A DNA stretch of 64,000 nt from an uncultured Selenomonadales bacterium. Lineage in GTDB: Bacteria > Bacillota > Negativicutes > Selenomonadales > Selenomonadaceae. The translations under genes were made by a program, and so were the position numbers. Below, piece by piece: positions 34,306 through 43,786 of the stretch. The stretch spans positions 20,358 to 84,357 of the forward strand of contig CAMUZU010000006.1 in the NCBI GenBank assembly GCA_947165295.1, read 5' to 3'. Each line of letters starts with the position of its first letter. The stretch's first letter is position 1. Under the pieces are notes generated by a model. It searched no databases. It saw only the letters and a program-made list of their open reading frames with translations, and had not been told where the DNA came from.

Positions 34306-36069
34306 ATGAGCTACATTACGCAGACCGTCGACGAATTTTTTATCAAGCTCGACAAGATGCAACGCGACCTTGACAAATTTTCGCAGAACCTTGACCGTCG
34401 CAGCGAACAAATTCCGTCGCTGTTGAAAACTTTTGAGCAGACCGTTTTCACTGCGAGCGGCAAAAAAATTTCGGGCAATAACGCCGTCGAACGCGCCGCT
34501 CAAAAATCGTTGGACAACATGCGCGCCGTCGTCGAAAGTTGGCGTGACAAAATCGAAGCCGACCGCAAAGGCAAACAGTTTATCGCGAAGAACGAAAAAT
34601 TTCTCGTCGTGATGGTTTTCGGTGCAGTCAAAGCCGGCAAGTCGACACTCGGAAATTTCTTCGCGGGCAAAAATTTTCTCAACGCGCCGTTCGATAACCG
34701 TTACAAACAAATTTCCAAGCCGATTTTCGAGACCGAAGAGAGCGGCCGCGACACGGGCGGAATTGAAACCGATTCAAGCGGCGACACCTGGTTTAAAGAA
34801 GGTCACGTCGACACGACGGGCGCGATTCAATTTTTCACGCTCAGCGGACTGCGCTGGATTGATTCGCCCGGCACGGGAGCCGTCGGCAAGTCGGGCGACA
34901 GCAAAGACATGACCGCGCTCGTCGAAGAATATTTGCGATATACCGACATGTGCATTTTCCTGATGAACAGCGGCTCGCCCGGACTGCAAGACGACATGCG
35001 ATATATTCAAAAACTCAGCCGCGACGGGCAGGACGCCTTGATTGTCATCACGCGCTCCGACAAAAACAAAGCCGTAATTTTGCGCGACGAAAACGGCAAC
35101 AAGCAACGCGGTTCCGTGCTTGTCCCGAAAGACGACGCGACCCGCAAACTTCAAGAGGACGACATCTGCAAGCGCGTCAAGGAAGAATATCCCGAAGTCG
35201 ACGTGCAAAAGTTCCGCGCAATCAGCACGTCGACCGCGTTGGCATGTGAAGCCGTCAACGAACAGAGCGACGAAAAATTTCGTGACAGCGGTCTCGATAA
35301 GCTCATGCAGATTTTGGGCGACAAAGTCAGCGACAATGCCATTGCCCGTAAGCAGGAAAATCCGCGCAGGTTGCTCAACGGTTTCGTCGACACCATTGTT
35401 GACGACCTGAAAAATTTCGACAGCGACCTTGACGAAATGACCGCCGCCGTCGAAAAATACAAAGCCGACATGAAACGCTTGACGACGCTGATTGTCAGCA
35501 ATGTGAGCCGTGAAGTTCGGTCGGAAATTTCATCACGCGCCATTGATTGGAACCGTCAAGTCAACCGCGGCGGGAAAGTCGACAACGAGACAATCGCCGC
35601 CGCCGTCACCGAAATTTTGCGCGACAAACTTAACGCCGAAATCAATTCGCAGATGCGCCGCGTCATCGAAGATTTTCAGAGCAACGAACTCAAAACCGTC
35701 AAGGCGAACATTTCCGCCGCCGCGCTCGAAAAGAAAACCGTCGAAATTTCGCACACGTACACCGAAAGCTACACCGTCGAACGCGAACCCGAAGGCATCA
35801 TCGAAAACATTCGCGGCTTTTTCGGCAAGAAATATTACCGCCGCGAAGACGAGACGCGCACGAAAACGCAGACGATTGACTTGGGCACGAACCTCGACGA
35901 GTTTTTGGACAGCTTGACGCCGCAGGTTGAACGATACGCCAAAAGTCAAGCCGAAACGACTCTTGCCGAGTTGCGCGAAAAATATTTCGTCGAACGCGAA
36001 AATTTTGCCCGTCGGATGCGCGGCGCGATTGACAAACTTCGCGGCGAATTGCTTGCGTTGAAGTTTTGA
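34306..36069 (+). CDS. Dynamin-like GTPase (587 aa)
   Basis: G1 FGAVKAGKST, G3 DSPGTG, G4-like ITRSDK, followed by a long helical stalk-like region. Confidence 0.75.
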   Translation: MSYITQTVDEFFIKLDKMQRDLDKFSQNLDRRSEQIPSLLKTFEQTVFTASGKKISGNNAVERAAQKSLDNMRAVVESWRDKIEADRKGKQFIAKNEKFLVVMVFGAVKAGKSTLGNFFAGKNFLNAPFDNRYKQISKPIFETEESGRDTGGIETDSSGDTWFKEGHVDTTGAIQFFTLSGLRWIDSPGTGAVGKSGDSKDMTALVEEYLRYTDMCIFLMNSGSPGLQDDMRYIQKLSRDGQDALIVITRSDKNKAVILRDENGNKQRGSVLVPKDDATRKLQEDDICKRVKEEYPEVDVQKFRAISTSTALACEAVNEQSDEKFRDSGLDKLMQILGDKVSDNAIARKQENPRRLLNGFVDTIVDDLKNFDSDLDEMTAAVEKYKADMKRLTTLIVSNVSREVRSEISSRAIDWNRQVNRGGKVDNETIAAAVTEILRDKLNAEINSQMRRVIEDFQSNELKTVKANISAAALEKKTVEISHTYTESYTVEREPEGIIENIRGFFGKKYYRREDETRTKTQTIDLGTNLDEFLDSLTPQVERYAKSQAETTLAELREKYFVERENFARRMRGAIDKLRGELLALKF

Positions 36070-36078
36070 GGCAACGAC

Positions 36079-37260
36079 ATGCAAATCATTTTGAAATTGA
36101 CGACGGCTTGTAACCTGAACTGCGTCTACTGCAGCGAAGGCGACTTGCCCGCCGAAACTTTGCTGCAAGAAATTTTCTTCAAGCTGGTTGACGAACTGCC
36201 CGCGCTCCTTGACAATTTCGGTCAACGGGACGCGGAATTTTTGTTTCACGGCGGCGAACCCATGCTTTACGGGCAACAAAATTTGCGGACGCTGATCGAT
36301 TATGCGCGTGAAAATCTCGACGGTTACGACCTGCGATTTTTAATGCAGACGAACGGCACGTTGATTGACGACGCGTGGATAAATTTTTTCCGCGACGAAA
36401 AAATCTCCGTCGGCGTGTCGCTGGACGGTTATCCCGAACTTCACGACAAAAATCGCCGCACGAAGTCAAACGAGCCGACCGCCGAAAAAATTCTTTCCAA
36501 CCTGCGGAAAATGCGCGACGCGGGCTTGAGTGTCGGGACGCTGATGGTTTTCAATTCCGCCGCAACCGTCGACGCCGAAAAGCTTTTCGACTTCATTCAG
36601 GCGAACGAACTGCACCCGAAAATTCATTCGGTCGTGCCGTGCGGACGTGCTGCCGACGTGAAAAATTCCGCCGAAATTTACGACGCGTGGGTTGCGCTCA
36701 TGAAAAAACTGTTCGAGTTGTCGCTTGCCCGCGAAAGTTCAAAAGTCATTGAGCCGCTTGATGAACTTGTCGACGCGATTTTGGGTATTTCGCCGCTCCG
36801 CGAGTGTTCGTTCAACGGCACCTGCGGGAAAAATTTCGTCAGCGTTTATCCCGACGGCGAAGTCGGTTTCTGCGGACGTGACAACCTTGCACGTTGCTTG
36901 ACTTACGGCAACCTGCGCGAAAAAACGTTGCTTGAGCTGTACACGTCGACGAACGCGGAAAAAATTCGGGCGCGACAAGATTATCTTCAAACGCACGACT
37001 GCAAAAATTGTTCGGATTGGCAACTTTGTCACGGCGGCTGTGCTTTCGAGGCGGTCAACTTTTCGGGCACGCTTGAGGCGAAATATCCGCATTGTTCGGC
37101 GCGAAAAAATTTTCTGTCGTGGCTGCATGGTGACGGCTTGAAACTTTTGAAGACCGCACTTGTCCGCGAAAAGAAACGGCTTCGGCAGTCGATTCGCGTC
37201 AAAAAGCAACTGCGCGACGAAATTGAAAATCTTGGTGTTGACGATGCTTGCCCGCTTTAA
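36079..37260 (+). CDS. Radical SAM enzyme with SPASM domain (anSME/peptide-maturase-like)
   Basis: CNLNCVYC at 36109-36132. SPASM Cys motifs ECSFNGTCG...PDGEVGFCG and CKNCSDWQLCHGGC. Confidence 0.85.
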   Translation: MQIILKLTTACNLNCVYCSEGDLPAETLLQEIFFKLVDELPALLDNFGQRDAEFLFHGGEPMLYGQQNLRTLIDYARENLDGYDLRFLMQTNGTLIDDAWINFFRDEKISVGVSLDGYPELHDKNRRTKSNEPTAEKILSNLRKMRDAGLSVGTLMVFNSAATVDAEKLFDFIQANELHPKIHSVVPCGRAADVKNSAEIYDAWVALMKKLFELSLARESSKVIEPLDELVDAILGISPLRECSFNGTCGKNFVSVYPDGEVGFCGRDNLARCLTYGNLREKTLLELYTSTNAEKIRARQDYLQTHDCKNCSDWQLCHGGCAFEAVNFSGTLEAKYPHCSARKNFLSWLHGDGLKLLKTALVREKKRLRQSIRVKKQLRDEIENLGVDDACPL

Positions 37261-37326
37261 AAGCGGCGGAACAACTGGAGTTATCCGTGACGTTTTCTTG
37301 ACGATTGAGGTTTGCAACGATGCTTG
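37241..37326 (+). mobile_element. GCTTTAAAAGC-hairpin element (66 nt) flanked by 10-bp direct repeats at the radical SAM/radical SAM junction
   Basis: DR ACGATGCTTG at 37241-37250 and 37317-37326. The insert reads CCCGCTTTAAAAGCGGCGGAACAACTGGAGTTATCCGTGACGTTTTC... Confidence 0.65.
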
Positions 37327-39044
37327 ACATTCTATTTCTGAACATACACCGCCGGTATCTGAATTCTGCGCCTTCGCACGGCGGCTTTCTGGGCATTTAC
37401 CTGCTGTCGGCGTTTGTGCGTCGCGAAGGCTACGAGTCGAAAAGTTTTTCGGGCACATTGACGGCGGGACTTCAACACGTCGACGAACTTTGCGCGGCGG
37501 GCGAAGTCGACATGATCGGGCTGTATTGCGATTACGAGAACGTCACCGAAAATATTTTTTTGAGCCGACACGTCAAGCAAACGTACAACTTGCCCGTGAT
37601 TGTCGGCGGTCCTCAAGCGACGGCACTCGACGAAAAATTTCTGCGCGAATCGAAATGTTATGCCGTTGTTCGCGGCGAAGGCGAATTGACCGTGCTTGAG
37701 CTGATGAATTTTTTTCTGGAAGATGTCGGCTCGCTCGAAAAAATTTCGGGCATTGCTTACCTGCGCGGCGACAAGTTTGCGATTAATCCCGCTCGCCCGC
37801 CGATAAAAAATTTGGACGCCTTGCCTTTCGTCGACGAGGATTGTTACCTTGAGCCGGAAGATTTTTCACGCGACTTCAGCTTGATGACGGGTCGCGGCTG
37901 TCCGTTCAACTGCGCGTTTTGTCACGAAGGCATCGGACGCGGCGTGCGTTTTCGGTCGGCTGAAAACGTGCTTGCCGAGATTGACGAACGGCTGAAAAAT
38001 TTTCCGCCCGACGACGAACTTTACATTTTGTTCACGGACGACACGTTTACGCTCGACGGTGCACGCGTCAAAAAAATCTGCGACGGGCTTGCCGAACGCC
38101 GCAAGTCGCGCAGATTCAAATTTTTTTGCGAAGGTCACGTGCACACGCTGTACAAAAATCCCAAAATGATTCGCTGCCTTGCCGCGGGTGGTTGCGTGCG
38201 ACTTCAGCTCGGCATTGAGGCCGGCACCGAAAAAGTTTTGCGCGCTTACGTCAAGCAGTCGACGCCCGAAGAAATTTTCGCTGTCGTGCGGCTTTGTCGT
38301 GACGCGGGCATTGAGCAAGTTTACGGCAACATCATTTTGGGCGGCGCGAATTTTTCACGCGAAACTTTTGCGGCGGACAAAAAATTTGCGCACGAACTCA
38401 TTGCCGAAGGTCAAGGCGTCGTCGAACTCGGCGTTGTGACTTTTTGGCCGCTTGCCGAAACGAAAATGACTCGTTGCCCCGACGAATTCGGGATAAAAAT
38501 TTGCGACGCGGACTTTTTGACTTCGGTCGGCGACTTTCCGCAAGTCGAAACTTTCGAACTTGACCGCTTGACGATTTTGGAAATGCGCCGCGAACTCACC
38601 GACGAAATTTCCGCGCAGATGGTCGATATGCTTGAAAATTGGCGCGTGCCGACGGAAAAAATTTTGTCGTGGTTGCGTGAAGCTCGGCTCCGAAAAAATT
38701 ACAGCGCGTGGTTCACCGAACTTTTGCGACGGGAAATTTTGTTCGCCTACTATGAAATGCTCGAACGCGGCGAAGGATTTCACTCCGCACAGGTCGAAAA
38801 TTTGTCGACGGCACACCCGTTGCGCGTTGTCGAACTGGTCAAACATCTGCGGCGAATCGACGCGTCGACGGCTCAAATTTGCGGCGAAACTTTTTCGGGC
38901 GACGAACTTGAAATTTTATTGCTCACGACGGGCAAACTCAGCGTCGAAGAAATTTCCCGTCGCGTCAACCGAACAATTTCCGACGTGCTGAAAATTTTGG
39001 CGCGGCTTGAACGTCGACACCTAATCGTATACACTTTGCATTGA
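37320..39044 (+). CDS. B12-binding-domain radical SAM enzyme with a C-terminal winged-helix-like extension
   Basis: N-terminal Rossmann-like B12 domain (MIGLYCDY...PVIVGGPQAT) and GRGCPFNCAFCHEG at 37899-37922. The last ~55 aa (ELEILLLTTGKLSVEEISRRVNRTISDVLKILARLERRHLIV) look wHTH/PqqD-like. Confidence 0.8.
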   Translation: MLDILFLNIHRRYLNSAPSHGGFLGIYLLSAFVRREGYESKSFSGTLTAGLQHVDELCAAGEVDMIGLYCDYENVTENIFLSRHVKQTYNLPVIVGGPQATALDEKFLRESKCYAVVRGEGELTVLELMNFFLEDVGSLEKISGIAYLRGDKFAINPARPPIKNLDALPFVDEDCYLEPEDFSRDFSLMTGRGCPFNCAFCHEGIGRGVRFRSAENVLAEIDERLKNFPPDDELYILFTDDTFTLDGARVKKICDGLAERRKSRRFKFFCEGHVHTLYKNPKMIRCLAAGGCVRLQLGIEAGTEKVLRAYVKQSTPEEIFAVVRLCRDAGIEQVYGNIILGGANFSRETFAADKKFAHELIAEGQGVVELGVVTFWPLAETKMTRCPDEFGIKICDADFLTSVGDFPQVETFELDRLTILEMRRELTDEISAQMVDMLENWRVPTEKILSWLREARLRKNYSAWFTELLRREILFAYYEMLERGEGFHSAQVENLSTAHPLRVVELVKHLRRIDASTAQICGETFSGDELEILLLTTGKLSVEEISRRVNRTISDVLKILARLERRHLIVYTLH

Positions 39045-39058
39045 GGAGGTCACACGTT

Positions 39059-40753
39059 ATGAACGAGCTGAAAGATTATCAACAGATCTTGTCCGACAAG
39101 GCGACGCGTGCCGAAACTTTTTTCGCGAAATATCCCGACGCCGACGCGCTTGCCAAAAATTTCGCCGACATCAACGCGGGCAAAATTCGCAAAGTCGAGC
39201 CCGAAATCATGGTTTACGGCATTTACAACGCGGGCAAGTCCAGCATTTTGAACGAAGTTATCGGCGCGGACAAGGCAAAAGTCGCGGACGTGCCGACGAC
39301 CGACACGGTGACTTATTACGAGTGGAACGGCTACCGAATCGCCGACACGCCCGGCATTTTCGCGCCAATCGCTCACCAGAACGTTACGCAGGAACATCTC
39401 AAAAAAGCCGACATCGTCCTGTTCGTCATGAGCAACGACGGTCAATACGAGCGCAAAGAAAATTACCTGCGCATGAAAGACATCGCCGACGCGGGCAAAA
39501 AAGTTATCATCGTGCTCAACGACAAAGACGGCATGTTGGGCGAACGCAATGACGCGCTTCAAGACGTTAAGCGGAAAATCGCCGTGAACATGAAAACGGT
39601 CGGCATTGAAAACGTCGACGAAAAATATTGTATCGTCACGGTGAACGCGGATCTTGCGCATCAAGGTCGCCTGGAAAACGAACCGTTGTTTGTCGCCGAC
39701 AGCGGGCTTGATGAACTCAAAAGCGTCATCCTCAGCGAACTCAAACGCACGACTTCGTTCGTCCTGTTGCGCAACGGAATCACGCAACTCGAAGAAATTT
39801 TGACCGAATTCGTCGACCAACTCGAATCACGGGAAAGTTCCGCTCTGCTGCGTGAAATGAATCGCGTACTCGAAACCTTCAACCGACAAAAAATTTCCAT
39901 GCGCCGCGACATCAACGCGTTTATCGACCGGCAGGCGGACACTTTCGGCGCGACGTTGCCGCAGAAAATTTGGGACAACCGCGACAGTCAAGACCGCATC
40001 AACGAAGTTTTCGGCGCGGAAATCGAACGTTTCAACTCACGCGTTCAACAGGAAATTCAACGTCAAATTCAAGACGCGGCGACGATTTTGGAACTTGAAC
40101 TTAAATCCTTCACCGAAGTGAAACTCGACGCGTCAACCGTCGACACCGCAAGTTTCGGAAAAATTTTGTCGCGGCTCAACGAAGTCAACGCCTCGTCAAC
40201 TCAAGCACTTGTCGCACGTGACGGCGAATCGAAAGTTGACCCGCTGACAACGGGCTTGACGACGACATTTTTGGCAGACGGCGGCGCGATAATCGCCAAA
40301 GAAGTCGCCAAAACCGCGCTCGGCAAGGCGATAACCAATTCCGCGCTCGGAAAAATTTTAACTTCGGTCGTGCCCGCGCCGTTCGTGCCAATCACCGTGA
40401 TTGTCGGCGGAATTCTTTTGCTCAAAAAACTTTTCGGCGGCGACGACGGCAAGGAACTCAACGCGCAAGTCGACGCAAAAAACGAGGCGGAACGTCGACG
40501 CGTCGAGGCCGAAATGCAAGCGCGGCAGGAACTCAATCAGAAATGCCGTTACCTTGCCGAAGAACTTGCCGACGACTTGAAATCCGCCGCAGATTTGGGC
40601 ATCGCCGAAACTTTGGCAATGTACGAGGAGCCGTTCAAAGCCGAAATCGCCGCACGAAAATCCGAGACCGCGCAGGTTGCCGACGACGTTTTGAAGTTGC
40701 GCGAACTGCTCAACGAATACGATTTACTTCGCGTCGAATTGGGCGCACGATAA
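39059..40753 (+). CDS. Dynamin-like GTPase with a hydrophobic paddle/TM segment (564 aa)
   Basis: G1 YGIYNAGKSS, G3 DTPGIF, G4 LNDKD, helical stalk, and hydrophobic ILTSVVPAPFVPITVIVGGILLLKKLF (nt 40355-40432). Confidence 0.75.
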   Translation: MNELKDYQQILSDKATRAETFFAKYPDADALAKNFADINAGKIRKVEPEIMVYGIYNAGKSSILNEVIGADKAKVADVPTTDTVTYYEWNGYRIADTPGIFAPIAHQNVTQEHLKKADIVLFVMSNDGQYERKENYLRMKDIADAGKKVIIVLNDKDGMLGERNDALQDVKRKIAVNMKTVGIENVDEKYCIVTVNADLAHQGRLENEPLFVADSGLDELKSVILSELKRTTSFVLLRNGITQLEEILTEFVDQLESRESSALLREMNRVLETFNRQKISMRRDINAFIDRQADTFGATLPQKIWDNRDSQDRINEVFGAEIERFNSRVQQEIQRQIQDAATILELELKSFTEVKLDASTVDTASFGKILSRLNEVNASSTQALVARDGESKVDPLTTGLTTTFLADGGAIIAKEVAKTALGKAITNSALGKILTSVVPAPFVPITVIVGGILLLKKLFGGDDGKELNAQVDAKNEAERRRVEAEMQARQELNQKCRYLAEELADDLKSAADLGIAETLAMYEEPFKAEIAARKSETAQVADDVLKLRELLNEYDLLRVELGAR

Positions 40754-40772
40754 ATTTTTGGAGGTTTTAAAC

Positions 40773-41333
40773 TTGAGTACTTTGACTTTGGCTCGTGCGA
40801 AGGAAATTCTTCGCAAACACGTCACCGAACCGCATCTTTTCGTTCACGCGGCCGCCGTAAGCGCGTCAATGGGCGCGTTAGCCGATTTTTTCGGCGAAAA
40901 TAAGGATCATTGGGCTGCAATCGGCTATTTGCACGACGTTGACTTTGAAAAATTCCCAAATGAGCACTGTCAACACGTCAGAGAGCTGCTTGAACCCGAA
41001 AATATCGACGAAAACGACATCAAAACCATAATTTCGCACGGTTTTGGCCTCACGGGCGCGGAAATTAAGCCCGAAACCGTTTGTCAGAAGAGTTTATTCG
41101 CCGTCGACGAGCTTACGGGCATAATTCACGCTTACGCGCTCATGCGACCCGAAAAAATGGCCGGAATGTCCGTCAAAAGTCTCAAAAAGAAGTTCAAAGA
41201 CCGCCGATTTGCCGCAAAATGCAATCGCGACGTGATTCAGCGCGGCGCAGACGACCTCGGAGTCGATTTGGGCACGTTAATGGAGCTTTGCATACGCGGA
41301 ATGGCCGAAAATGCCGCCGAACTCGACTTGTAA
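40773..41333 (+). CDS. HD-domain phosphohydrolase
   Basis: HAAAVSASMGALA...IGYLHDVDFEKFPNEH HD motif. TTG 40773 lies 7 nt after GGAGGT. Last gene before the terminator. Confidence 0.7.
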   Translation: MSTLTLARAKEILRKHVTEPHLFVHAAAVSASMGALADFFGENKDHWAAIGYLHDVDFEKFPNEHCQHVRELLEPENIDENDIKTIISHGFGLTGAEIKPETVCQKSLFAVDELTGIIHAYALMRPEKMAGMSVKSLKKKFKDRRFAAKCNRDVIQRGADDLGVDLGTLMELCIRGMAENAAELDL

Positions 41334-41345
41334 ATCGATTTTGAG

Positions 41346-41385
41346 CAAAAAAATAGCCCCGTCAATCAATCGACGGGGTTTTTTC
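41346..41385. terminator. Bidirectional terminator closing the GTPase/radical-SAM operon and the U32 gene
   Basis: A-run, CCCCGTC/GACGGGG hairpin, T6. Confidence 0.8.
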
Positions 41386-41401
41386 GTGTCGAAAATGCAA
41401 T

Positions 41402-43777
41402 TTAAACGTCCGTTACGCCTCTAAAATAGTGTCCGCGAGTGAAATTTTCAATTTCGGAGCCGCCAAATTTGTACGAACGAACGATTTTCGCCGTTTCAGC
41501 GTCATTTAACGCCCGACAATCAATGCGAAGGCGCGAAATTCCTTCAAATTCGCCGCGATGGTCAATCATCGAAAGAATTTTAGCGTTTAAGATGTGCATT
41601 CGGCAAAATTGGTCGGTCACAACGGGAAAATTCGCGTTCAAACGGTCGCGCAAGTAAAAATTTCCCGTTTGACAGACGTTCGGACACGTTTTTTCGCCCA
41701 AATTGCCCAAAAAACTGCCCAAAACGCAGTAAGACGAAATCATAAGCTCTTGTCGGCCGTGAATTATGCATTCAACGGGCAAACTCGACGCTTTTGCAAG
41801 CATTTTGACCTGCGAAAGGCTCAATTCGGGCGATAAAGTCACTCCACGCACGCCAATTTCGCGCAAAAAGTTGATTGTCGCCGCGTTGAACACGATTAAC
41901 GAAAAATCCGTGCGAATTTCGGGCGAAAATTTCTTCGCAAGGCTCATCGTGCCCAAATTGTGAACATAAATCGCGTCAACTTCGTTCGTCAACAGCTTTT
42001 CGAGCTCAAAAAATTCATTTTCGCGGACTAAACGCGGCGTTCCGAGCGAAATTTGCTTTCCGCGGCCGTGAATCAGCGAAATTGCTTCCGAAATTTGCTT
42101 CGACGTGATTTTTTTGTGCGTAAACGTCTCTCCGCCGAATAAAATTTCATCCGCGCCGCTTTCGAGGGCGATTTTTGCTTTTTCGAGCGTGTCAACTTGC
42201 GCAACAAGCTTAGTTTCGTCGATTTTGCACGGCGAAAACGTTTTTAACGCGTTTGACGGCAAAATTTTCCGCGAAAATCGCTTCAAACGCAGATTTTCAA
42301 GCTCAGCGACGACTTTTCGGCGTAAATCGTTCATTTCGCTTATCGGAACCATCAAATTCGCGTCGATGTCCGCCGAAATTCCGTTTCGGAGCGCAAAAAT
42401 CGAATTTCCGAGCCGTCCGAATTGATTTTCGAGCATTTCAAGCGTCAACGGGCGATTTTTTGCCGCTTCGCAAAGAAATTTCGTGCTTGCAGTCGCCGAA
42501 TTGCCGTCCGAATCAGTGAAATTCAACGTCAAAGGCTCTCCGACGCGTGCAAAAACGCTTGCATCAACAAAAATCTTGCGTACAGGCGTTCCCGTGAAGT
42601 ATTTTCGCGCTTCGGATGTCAATTCAGCGTCGAAAATCTTAAAAACTCTGTCATGAACGCGAATTCCGCGAGTATTTTGGACTTGCAACGTGCATTTGTC
42701 GCCGTTAAACGTGAAATTTTCCGCCGTGAACGTCATTCGACCGCCGATTTTAACCCAAATTTCAATTTGATCGCCCATTTGAAGTGATTTTGCAAGCTTC
42801 ATGACGATTTTATCGCGAAAAACTTCAGTCACACGCCCGATTAACACGCCGCGATTGTTCGGACGCATGTCGCTGATTAAATTTTTGCCCGGATTTCGTT
42901 CCAAATAGGCCGTTGTGAAGTCTCGATTAAAAATTTGAGCCAATTTTTGCTGTCCGTCGCCCAAAATCGCCGATTTTTTGTCCAAAAAGTCCCGATAAAC
43001 CTTCACGACAGTCGCCACATATTCTGCGCGCTTCATTCGACCTTCGATTTTCAGCGAATTCACGCCCGTTTCAACGAGTTTCGGCAATATTTCAAGCGTA
43101 TTTAAGTCTTTCGGGCTCAAAATGAACTTTCCTGCGTCGTTTAAGACGATTTTTCCGCGTTCATCGACCAATTCGTAAGGCAAACGGCACGGCTGAGCGC
43201 ATTTTCCGCGATTTCCGGAGCGTCCGCCGATTAAAGAACTCATCAAACACTGTCCCGACCAGCAAATACACAGCGCACCGTGGATAAAAATCTCCGTTTC
43301 TATCGGTGATGCGTGACAAATCGTCGAAATTTCGTCCAAAGTAAGCTCTCGACTCAAAACTACGCGTGAAAATCCGAGTTTTGCGAGCATTTTTACGCCT
43401 GCGAGGTTGTGAATCGACATTTGCGTCGACGCGTGCAACGGAATTTCGGGCACAACGGCTTTCGCGACCGAAAAAACGCCCAAATCTTGAATTAAAAGCG
43501 CGTCCACGTTCGCCAAACGCAAAAATTTGAGATATTCGGCCAGATTTTCGAGTTCCGCGTCCGAAATTATCGTGTTTACGGTCACATGAACCGCAGTTCC
43601 GCGCAAATGAGCGAATTTTACCGCCTCAATCAGCGTTTCGCGTGAAAAATTATCCGCAAAAGCCCGCGCACCGAACTTTTCGCCCGCCAAATAGACCGCA
43701 TCGGCTCCCGATTCGACCGCAGCACGCAATGCATCGAAATTTCCGGCCGGCGCAAGCAATTCAACCACAAAAATCAC
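41402..43777 (-). CDS. Peptidase U32 family protein (long form)
   Basis: 791 aa. ELLAPAGNFDALRAAVESGADAVYLAG..., EIFIHGALCICWSGQCLMSS U32 signature. Alternative GTG start at 43768. Confidence 0.88.
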   Translation of the reverse strand: MIFVVELLAPAGNFDALRAAVESGADAVYLAGEKFGARAFADNFSRETLIEAVKFAHLRGTAVHVTVNTIISDAELENLAEYLKFLRLANVDALLIQDLGVFSVAKAVVPEIPLHASTQMSIHNLAGVKMLAKLGFSRVVLSRELTLDEISTICHASPIETEIFIHGALCICWSGQCLMSSLIGGRSGNRGKCAQPCRLPYELVDERGKIVLNDAGKFILSPKDLNTLEILPKLVETGVNSLKIEGRMKRAEYVATVVKVYRDFLDKKSAILGDGQQKLAQIFNRDFTTAYLERNPGKNLISDMRPNNRGVLIGRVTEVFRDKIVMKLAKSLQMGDQIEIWVKIGGRMTFTAENFTFNGDKCTLQVQNTRGIRVHDRVFKIFDAELTSEARKYFTGTPVRKIFVDASVFARVGEPLTLNFTDSDGNSATASTKFLCEAAKNRPLTLEMLENQFGRLGNSIFALRNGISADIDANLMVPISEMNDLRRKVVAELENLRLKRFSRKILPSNALKTFSPCKIDETKLVAQVDTLEKAKIALESGADEILFGGETFTHKKITSKQISEAISLIHGRGKQISLGTPRLVRENEFFELEKLLTNEVDAIYVHNLGTMSLAKKFSPEIRTDFSLIVFNAATINFLREIGVRGVTLSPELSLSQVKMLAKASSLPVECIIHGRQELMISSYCVLGSFLGNLGEKTCPNVCQTGNFYLRDRLNANFPVVTDQFCRMHILNAKILSMIDHRGEFEGISRLRIDCRALNDAETAKIVRSYKFGGSEIENFTRGHYFRGVTDV

Positions 43778-43786
43778 CCCGAAAAG

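Noticed and set aside
32556-39044. I considered whether a GTPase plus two radical SAM genes could be the [FeFe]-hydrogenase maturation set HydF/HydE/HydG.
   Set aside because: The radical SAM enzymes are a SPASM type and a B12-binding type, not HydE/HydG-like. The GTPases are long dynamin-like proteins with stalk and paddle regions. The neighbouring hyp genes serve [NiFe] hydrogenases.
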